Shown one piece after another: positions 27,853-34,966 of a stretch of DNA of 64,000 bases. Both the position numbers and the translations under genes were made by a program. Source of the DNA: Pyrinomonadaceae bacterium. GTDB taxonomy: Bacteria > Acidobacteriota > Blastocatellia > Pyrinomonadales > Pyrinomonadaceae. The notes below the pieces were generated by a model, which ran no database searches, was not told the DNA's origin, and saw only the letters and a program-made list of their open reading frames with translations. The first letter of the stretch is position 1, and each line of letters opens with the position of its first letter. The stretch is from contig DAIOGT010000001.1 in assembly GCA_036745095.1 (NCBI GenBank), positions 26,201 through 90,200 of the forward strand. Direction: 5' to 3'.

Positions 27853-29952
27853 ATGAAGAACAGAACCGCGTTGAGTCTGCGTTTGTTGGCATGCTTGCTG
27901 ATGTTGGTCTTTGGCATAATCACTGCCGGCGCGCAAACTCCCACGCCTTCCCCCAGTCCCAAGGACCAGAAAGCGGCGGCCAGCCAACAGTCAAGCGCCA
28001 CGAACGAGGCTCAAGTATTAGGAAGTTACAACGTAACTTCAAGTATAGAAGTTGGTGTTCGTGGTCTCTCGGTTGATGGCAATAACAACAAGTATCAGAG
28101 CGATCTGAACTACAGACCGGGCTTGCGCGTCTTTGATTCCAGCTTCTTACTGCAGCATAAGGATCGTCGTGGCACGCTCTTCGATGAATTTCTCGTTAAT
28201 ACTTCAGGATGGGGTGGGGATCCGCAGGGCTACACCCGCATCATGGCTGAGAAATCAGGAATTTATCGCTTTGACGCAAATGTCCGCCGTGTGAAGTACT
28301 TCAATAACCTTTCAAATCTTGCCCTCGGACAGCACACCAATAATACGCGAATAAACGTTGGCGATTATGACCTGACGTTGCTCCCTGAAAATCAGAAACA
28401 CAAGTTCTATCTCGGCTATTCACGAAATACTTTGAACGGGCCAGGAATAACCACCTATGACTTCTCGCGCGACGAATACGCGATCAACACGAATCAGGAA
28501 ACTCGCGCAAATAATTTCCGCGTCGGAATGGACGCCCGGCTCGGCCCGATTGATATCTCACTCCTTCAGGGCGCGCGCTACTTCAAGGACGATACCACCT
28601 ACAATGTGCAATTCACGAATGTGGGCAACAATCCAACGAACACTTCGCGGATTGATAGGCTGTTTCGCGAGCTGCCGACAGGCGGTCGCCATTTCTTTAC
28701 GCGTGTTAGTGCTCATACGCTGCTGGCAAAAAGGCTCGACGTCACCGCCCGCTACATCTACACCAGCTCCACCACCAGGTTCTCGTTCTTCGAACAGCTT
28801 TCAGGTCGTTCTGGAATTTCTCCGGGCAATATCATAAATCAGGAGACGTTTACCACCAGCGGAAAGGTCACACGGCCGTACGCGCTGGGAGAACTGGGCG
28901 TCACCTTCATGGCCACAGACAAGTTCAGAATCTCTAACACGTTCCGCTTCGACAACTTTCGTATCAATGGCGCGGACGTACTTTCCGACTTCCTGCGCCA
29001 ATCAACCCCCGCCGGCGTTCCCCTCCCACCGACGACAACCCTTACCACTTTCGTGCGCTCGACAAAGTATCGCCGCATCCTGAACACGATTGAGGGGGAT
29101 TACCAGTTCAGTCCGCGCTTCGCTGTCCATGGGGGATTTCGTATTTCACATCGAGACATTGAACACTTCGAAGTCACCGACGACGAGGTAGAGAACCCGG
29201 TGTTTGACAATAACACCCATTCCGTCATCTTCGGTTTCAAGGCTCGGCCCGCTTCGAGCTGGAACATCTATTTCGATGGCGAGCGCGGTACCTCGGACAG
29301 CGTGTTCACGAGACTGGAAAGTAACAGGTATACGAACTTTCGCGCTCGCACCCGCTATGCGCCGAACGGCAAAGTCTCACTGAACGCCTCGGTCATAACA
29401 AGAGACAACAGGAATCCTTCCGAAGTAATCACAGAGATTTCGGGGTTGCCGGCAAATCTTCTGCCGAACAGTTTGGACGTTGACATCAAGAGTCGAGTTT
29501 TCACTTCGACTATCGATTGGACACCCAAGCCAAAATTCTCCTTGAGCGGGGGCTACACGCATTTGCGGGTAACGAGCAACGCGGGAATCATCCTGTTTCT
29601 GGCTAACGTAAGCACGCTGGGCCAGAGCCAGTACTTCATGAGGGACAACTTCTTCTTCATCAACACGCTCATCAATCCGATTCCTCGCTTGACGGTGTTC
29701 GCGAGTTACCGCATCAACCGGGATCCGGGCCAGGGTAATTTGGTGGCGCCCTCCAACAACCTGATCATCAGCTCGTATCCTATGACGTTCCAATCTCCCG
29801 AAGCACGAGCCACTCTTAAAGTAACGAATCGCATTGATTGGAACATCGGCTACCAGTATTACAACTACCGCGACTGGTTTGTGCCGGGACAGAACTACCA
29901 CTCCCACCAGCCCTACACGTCGTTGCGCATATATTTCGGCCGTAAAGGTTAG
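27853..29952 (+). CDS. outer-membrane beta-barrel, MtrB/PioB-like porin partner (tentative)
   Basis: 699 aa. Signal peptide ...ITAGAQT. Alternating-hydrophobicity, Y/F/N/R-rich sequence throughout. Lies immediately downstream of the decahaem gene, and its size matches MtrB-class barrels. Confidence 0.7.
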   Translation: MKNRTALSLRLLACLLMLVFGIITAGAQTPTPSPSPKDQKAAASQQSSATNEAQVLGSYNVTSSIEVGVRGLSVDGNNNKYQSDLNYRPGLRVFDSSFLLQHKDRRGTLFDEFLVNTSGWGGDPQGYTRIMAEKSGIYRFDANVRRVKYFNNLSNLALGQHTNNTRINVGDYDLTLLPENQKHKFYLGYSRNTLNGPGITTYDFSRDEYAINTNQETRANNFRVGMDARLGPIDISLLQGARYFKDDTTYNVQFTNVGNNPTNTSRIDRLFRELPTGGRHFFTRVSAHTLLAKRLDVTARYIYTSSTTRFSFFEQLSGRSGISPGNIINQETFTTSGKVTRPYALGELGVTFMATDKFRISNTFRFDNFRINGADVLSDFLRQSTPAGVPLPPTTTLTTFVRSTKYRRILNTIEGDYQFSPRFAVHGGFRISHRDIEHFEVTDDEVENPVFDNNTHSVIFGFKARPASSWNIYFDGERGTSDSVFTRLESNRYTNFRARTRYAPNGKVSLNASVITRDNRNPSEVITEISGLPANLLPNSLDVDIKSRVFTSTIDWTPKPKFSLSGGYTHLRVTSNAGIILFLANVSTLGQSQYFMRDNFFFINTLINPIPRLTVFASYRINRDPGQGNLVAPSNNLIISSYPMTFQSPEARATLKVTNRIDWNIGYQYYNYRDWFVPGQNYHSHQPYTSLRIYFGRKG

Positions 29953-30223
29953 GAATTCACGTAATAATTCAAGACCGGTTATCATTGTTCGTCCCGACCT
30001 CTAGAGGGAACTGAAACCGGGAACATGAAATGGGAGCGCCGAAACTCTCACTCGAAAAGCGTCTCTTGATCAGCACGTTAGGAGATTGCGCGCGAGAAGC
30101 AAGTGCCATAACGCTGCCACTCCATCTGGTATTACTTCGGTGGCCTGACGCTGTTTCTCTTTAGGTGGTAGGCTGACGGATCCATACAACCGCGCTCTCG
30201 AGGCGCAAAGGAGAAGAAAAACA

Positions 30224-30793
30224 ATGATACGAACTGCAACTCTTTCCACTCTAATCTTCGTTTCAATCCTCTTGGTCGGTTGTGCGCAGACGAATACAAA
30301 CAACGCGAACGTCGTAAGCAATGCTAACGTTGCGACAAACACCGCGAACGCTAACGCCAGCCCCCTAAGTAATACGAATGCCAGTCCCACCAGTAATGCT
30401 AACGTCAACACGCAGCGAGAAGGCGAAACAGGCATGGAGACAATGGACAAGGGCATGGAGGAGATGAAGCATGGCGCCGAGCAGATGGATGAGGCCGAGG
30501 AAAAGATGGATAAGGACATGATGAGTCACGGCATGCAGATGGCCAAGAACGGCCAAGAGATGGTCAAGAAAGGCATGGATATGGAATCGGACATGGACAT
30601 GTCTCAACATAAGGAGATGATGGATAAAGGGATGGACATGATGGATCAGGGCATGCAGATGATGAGCAAGGGGATGGACGCCAAGGATAAGAAGATGATG
30701 CATCAGGGCATGAACATGATGAAGAACGGCATGGACATGATGAACAAACGCAAGGATATGATGAAGAAGGGGATGGGAATGAAGCACATGTAA
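30224..30793 (+). CDS. lipoprotein with an Asn/Ala/Thr-rich linker and an extremely Met-rich C-terminal domain
   Basis: Lipobox ILLVGC. NANV/NTANANAS low-complexity linker. Then ~119 aa with ~37 Met by hand count (GMDMM, GMQMM, GMNMM repeats). Confidence 0.8.
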   Translation: MIRTATLSTLIFVSILLVGCAQTNTNNANVVSNANVATNTANANASPLSNTNASPTSNANVNTQREGETGMETMDKGMEEMKHGAEQMDEAEEKMDKDMMSHGMQMAKNGQEMVKKGMDMESDMDMSQHKEMMDKGMDMMDQGMQMMSKGMDAKDKKMMHQGMNMMKNGMDMMNKRKDMMKKGMGMKHM

Positions 30794-30824
30794 AGGCGGG
30801 AAAGATAAAGTCTGAACAACGCGC

Positions 30825-30842
30825 AAGCACTCCATAGTGCTT
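30825..30842 (+). terminator. short hairpin after the Met-rich gene
   Basis: AAGCACT-ccat-AGTGCTT, 32 nt after the stop. No strong U-tract. Confidence 0.3.
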
Positions 30843-30891
30843 CGAATTAGTTACTGGTATTTCATCTGAATCTGACAAGGAATCCGCTGTT

Positions 30892-32796
30892 ATGAATTAC
30901 GGATTAGGGAGGCGCGCGCGTCCAGGCAACCGCTTTCTGCCAGCGGTGATGGTGGGTTGCATTTTGTTATGGTCTGGCGCCGCTCTTCCGCAGTCTGAGC
31001 ACGATGTCCATCACCCTGGTCAGAATGCCAATTCTCAAATGCCCCAACAGTCACCTTCACCGACAAGCATGGCCTCTCCGATGACCAGTCCTTCCTCAAG
31101 TGGGATGATGGGTGAGGGCGGCATGGAGGGAATGAAGGGGATGGAGGGAATGATGGGACAGCCGCGCAAGGAGCTCTATCCATCATTAATCGACTTACCC
31201 AATCTGTCCCCAGATCAGCGCGCCCAGATAGAACGGTTGGCTCAAGAACGCATGGAGTCGGGTCGGGCGTCAATGGCCGTCGCACTAGAACGACTGTCCG
31301 CCGCTTCCGCAAAACAGGATTACGCAGCTATGCAGGAAGCGTCGGCACAGCTGCGTGAGGCGCTCGCCCAATATGAGAGCGGGCTGGCGGCGCAGCGGGC
31401 ACTTAGAGACGGAAAAGTACCTAGCGACGTAGCACTTCAATGGTTTCAGCGCAACATGAATCTGCTGCCTGAGATCGGCACCGAAACTCCGCATGGAATC
31501 TTCGGGCTATCGTGGTTCCACTACATCACCATGATCATCCTGATCGCGTTTGCCGTCACGATGATCTGGATGTACTTCCACAAGATGCGGCGTGCGAACG
31601 CGCTGCTCTCCAGACTGGCGACCGCTACTTCGGACGCCAGTCTTATAGTTAGTCCGGCTACTTCTTCCGTCTCCCCTGCCACTACTGGCGGCGCACCAAC
31701 TTACGCACCTCCGAGCGAACCGATACCCGTCAGCTCTGATATCGCGCCATCGAAGTCGAATTCCTGGTCTGGTTCGTTACGAGTTGTCCGAATATTTCAG
31801 GAGACACCAGACGTTAAGACGTTTCGTTTTGTCGATCCGGATGGTGGCAAACTGCCGTTCACTTACCTGCCCGGTCAGTTCATAACTGTTACCATTGTCT
31901 CAGATGGAGTACCAGTAAGACGGTCCTACACTATTGCCTCATCTCCAACAAGACGGGACTCATGTGAAATCACGGTCAAGCGTGAGCAATATGGAGTTGT
32001 ATCTCAGTATCTGCATGATCAAGTCCATATAGGTGATCTGGTCCAGCTCATCGGCCCCTCAGGGAAGTTCACGTTTACTGGGCAGGAATCGGACAGCCTG
32101 GTGCTGATCGCCGGCGGTGTCGGTGTTACGCCGATGATGAGCGTTATTCGTTACCTGACTGATCGTTCGTGGTCTGGCGAGATCTTCTTCCTGTTCGGTT
32201 GCAAATCTGAAATCGACATTATCTTTAGAGAAGAGATTGAATATTTGCAGAAGCGGCACGCAAATCTACACGTCACGATTCTTCTCAATAAGAAACCTGA
32301 CGATGCGAAGAGTCCTTACCTGAGTGGCTACATTACCAAAGAGGTGGTTACTGAACGCGTGCCAGCGATCGTTTCGCGGCGCGTGCATATTTGCGGACCA
32401 CCACCAATGATGGAAGCCGTGAAACGAACACTTCTCGAATTGGAAGTGCCTGAAGAAAACATTAAGACCGAAATTTTTGCTGGAAAAACTCCGCCACCGA
32501 AAACTTCTCTGGGCGGCGCCAACGCAACGGCGACGTCGGCGATCTGTACTTTTGCTCGGTCAAAAAAAACCGCAGTGCTGCCGCCTGACAAAACAGTTTT
32601 GGAGGCATCGGAAGATGTTGGCGTGAACATTGGCTACTCGTGCCGAATAGGCGTTTGCGGGATTTGTAAAACAAAACTCCTTTCAGGCTCCGTGACCATG
32701 GAAGTGCAGGAAGCCTTAACGGATGACGATAAGGCGCAGAACATCATTCTCGCTTGCCAAGCCAAAGCGGTTGCGGATGTCGCAGTCGATGCATAA
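30892..32796 (+). CDS. fusion protein: signal peptide + Met-rich/LTXXQ-like periplasmic domain + one TM + FNR-type FAD/NAD(P)H reductase + plant-type [2Fe-2S] ferredoxin domain
   Basis: MASPMTSPSSSGMMGEGGMEGMKGMEGMMG. LSPDQRAQIERL. TM WFHYITMIILIAFAVTMIWMYF followed by HKMRRAN. RRSYTIASSP (RxYS FAD motif). LIAGGVGVTPMMS (NAD(P) binding). CRIGVCGICKTKL...ILACQA ([2Fe-2S] ligands). Confidence 0.8.
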   Translation: MNYGLGRRARPGNRFLPAVMVGCILLWSGAALPQSEHDVHHPGQNANSQMPQQSPSPTSMASPMTSPSSSGMMGEGGMEGMKGMEGMMGQPRKELYPSLIDLPNLSPDQRAQIERLAQERMESGRASMAVALERLSAASAKQDYAAMQEASAQLREALAQYESGLAAQRALRDGKVPSDVALQWFQRNMNLLPEIGTETPHGIFGLSWFHYITMIILIAFAVTMIWMYFHKMRRANALLSRLATATSDASLIVSPATSSVSPATTGGAPTYAPPSEPIPVSSDIAPSKSNSWSGSLRVVRIFQETPDVKTFRFVDPDGGKLPFTYLPGQFITVTIVSDGVPVRRSYTIASSPTRRDSCEITVKREQYGVVSQYLHDQVHIGDLVQLIGPSGKFTFTGQESDSLVLIAGGVGVTPMMSVIRYLTDRSWSGEIFFLFGCKSEIDIIFREEIEYLQKRHANLHVTILLNKKPDDAKSPYLSGYITKEVVTERVPAIVSRRVHICGPPPMMEAVKRTLLELEVPEENIKTEIFAGKTPPPKTSLGGANATATSAICTFARSKKTAVLPPDKTVLEASEDVGVNIGYSCRIGVCGICKTKLLSGSVTMEVQEALTDDDKAQNIILACQAKAVADVAVDA

Positions 32797-32802
32797 AAAA
32801 CG

Positions 32803-33564
32803 ATGAAAAGAGAGCGTATCCTTGTCGGTGGGTTACTGTTGCTCCTGCTAATTCTGTGGCTGGGGTTCCTGATCCACCGCTCGCCACGCTTTCCTGGAAG
32901 CCTATTCGGTAACGTACTCGCGATAACAGGCGCTCTGCTGATGCTGGTATTCCCTCTCGCCTATGCTGCTGCTAAACGAATTCCTCCCGTCAAGAGAATC
33001 CTGACGCGGCGAATCTCAATCGCGACTTTGCTGACCTGGCATCTCTACACAGGAATAGTCGGTTCCATCCTTGCGATCATCCACACCGGTCATCGGTTTG
33101 AAAGCAATCTTGGCATTGTTCTGACTGCAATGATGCTGCTGACGGTATTGAGCGGCTATGTCGGGAGACACTTCTTGAGCTACGTGACACTCGAACTTCA
33201 CGAGAAACAAACCCTGCTCAACAAGCTCGCGACGATTTACAACCAGACTGTTGCCGAACTAGGACGTCAACCCAATGTAACCGTAACTGCAGTGGCGTCG
33301 CACGGATTCTTTACGCCGATATTCAGCGGGTATGTTGCGCCTGGACCTTCGGCGAGCGAGAGCACGACACCAGTTTCTTATCGCGCCATTCACCTGGCAG
33401 AGTCAATTGCGGATGTGGAGTATGCGATTAAAACTCACGAGCTGTTTAAGCGCAGATCCGCGGTTTGGCTGAAAGTACACATCGCAACGTCAGCAGCGTT
33501 TTATGTCCTGTTAATTTTGCACGTCTGGAGCGAGATCTATTTCGGCCTGCGATGGCTGTCCTAG
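32803..33564 (+). CDS. five-TM membrane protein with two intramembrane His pairs (candidate di-haem b, ferric-reductase-domain-like)
   Basis: TM3 WHLYTGIVGSILAIIH and TM5 VHIATSAAFYVLLILH each carry His at i and i+14. Confidence 0.55.
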   Translation: MKRERILVGGLLLLLLILWLGFLIHRSPRFPGSLFGNVLAITGALLMLVFPLAYAAAKRIPPVKRILTRRISIATLLTWHLYTGIVGSILAIIHTGHRFESNLGIVLTAMMLLTVLSGYVGRHFLSYVTLELHEKQTLLNKLATIYNQTVAELGRQPNVTVTAVASHGFFTPIFSGYVAPGPSASESTTPVSYRAIHLAESIADVEYAIKTHELFKRRSAVWLKVHIATSAAFYVLLILHVWSEIYFGLRWLS

Positions 33565-33574
33565 AGACGGGGTT

Positions 33575-34369
33575 ATGAAGAAACCTTTATTAGGTTCCCT
33601 AATCGCTATTGCGCTTGTGGTGTTGACCTTTGCCGCAATTCGAGCTACGACGTGGCAGAAGCACGTGAGCCCCGGGCAACTATCAGCCGCGCACGCGTCA
33701 ATGGCCCAAAACTGCGCAGCATGCCACACACCATACGAAGGTGCTGAAAACAGCAAGTGCATCAGTTGCCATGCAAACAATCAAGCACTGCTGCAACGTC
33801 AGCCGACTGCATTTCACGCCAGCATTGGAAACTGCACGCAATGCCACTTCGAACATCAAGGCATAAACGCACGGCTCGTCACCATGGACCACAACAAGCT
33901 GGCTGAAATCGGGTTCGATCTTATGGCGGCCGCGGCTTCTGACTCTGAGCAAATGAAGGTGAGAACACAGCTCAAGGGATGGTTAAGAATGCATGAGGGA
34001 ACACTTCCCACTATCAGCCACCCCCGCGTCACCTCGCTTGAGGCGACCCTTGACTGTGTCTCCTGCCATGGTACGAAAGACCGGCACCAGGGACTCTTCG
34101 GAAAGGGTTGCGTTTCTTGCCATGAGACGACGCAATGGACCATTGCAGATTTTCAGCATCCCTCTCCACGCTCGACCGATTGCGCTCAATGTCACCAAGC
34201 GCCACCGAGCCACTATATGATGCACTTTGAAATGGTTTCCAAAAAGATCGCCGCTCAAGGCCAAGGAAATGGGTGTTGCGAGGGCGTCCAGGTAAATCAA
34301 TGCTATCGCTGCCACCGGACAACTTCCTGGAATGACATTCAAGGCGTCGGTTATTACAAGCATCATTAA
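33575..34369 (+). CDS. membrane-anchored heptahaem c-type cytochrome
   Basis: N-terminal TM LLGSLIAIALVVLTFAAI. Seven CxxCH motifs by hand count (CAACH, CISCH, CTQCH, CVSCH, CVSCH, CAQCH, CYRCH). Confidence 0.85.
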   Translation: MKKPLLGSLIAIALVVLTFAAIRATTWQKHVSPGQLSAAHASMAQNCAACHTPYEGAENSKCISCHANNQALLQRQPTAFHASIGNCTQCHFEHQGINARLVTMDHNKLAEIGFDLMAAAASDSEQMKVRTQLKGWLRMHEGTLPTISHPRVTSLEATLDCVSCHGTKDRHQGLFGKGCVSCHETTQWTIADFQHPSPRSTDCAQCHQAPPSHYMMHFEMVSKKIAAQGQGNGCCEGVQVNQCYRCHRTTSWNDIQGVGYYKHH

Positions 34370-34966
34370 GGTACATCTCTTAAGCCTCCCCGCGCCTGGA
34401 GATGCGCCTCAATGTCATAAGGTCATAAAGGTCACGATTAGAAATAAAAGTCAAGAAATTGAAAAGAGCCAGGGACAGAAGTTCGGATAAACTGAATCCC
34501 TATTCAGAGAGTCAGACGAGGCTAAGCAACCGGCCGCAGGTTCGCGTGCTTGGCATCGCTTAACTATTTAAGGGGGGCTGCTGATGAAACTACCAACTCG
34601 CGGTTCATGCCCTTTCTTCAGCCGAATTAGTGCGGACAAGTGTCGCGGCGCGACCGTGGGCGTCCGGCACTCGCGCCCGCGCGCTCACGGTGATTGACTA
34701 TGCCCCTCATTCCGCTTTGACTAGGAAACGCAACGGGAGGGAGATGAAACTGATTCGACCGGAGATAGAGAGGCGTACGCGGGGGTGACGTGACCGCCGC
34801 CGACCGCTGGGCCTCCGCTGAACCGCCTGGGATTCCCCACGACAGGCAGCCCGTTGCAAGCTCAGCCGAGCAACGCCGTCAGGAGCAGTGGGGAGATTAG
34901 GGTTGCCGAATACCTTTCGATGGCTGTCGGCAGCGACACTGACAAGCCGTAGAAACGGGAGGCCAA

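Noticed and set aside
30070-30878. Three - strand ORFs (30070..30519, 30365..30835, 30564..30878) with His/Leu- or Ser/Pro/Cys-rich translations
   Set aside because: They are mirror images of the ATG/GAC/AAG codon repeats of the Met-rich lipoprotein gene. The + strand gene has the SD, the lipobox and operon context.
34414-34435. Direct repeats TCATAAGG-TCATAAAGG-TCAC upstream of copA, considered as a CopR/CusR box
   Set aside because: The spacing (8-9 bp) and the sequence do not match the CopR/CusR box as I remember it. They lie >500 nt from the copA start, and no copRS genes are present. I leave them as an unexplained repeat.
34584-34697. 37-codon ORF (MKLPTRGSCPFFSRISADKCRGATVGVRHSRPRAHGD) with a G-rich SD in the copA upstream region
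   Set aside because: It has Arg-rich, GC-driven composition and no recognisable motif. It sits at the compositional border and is probably non-coding.
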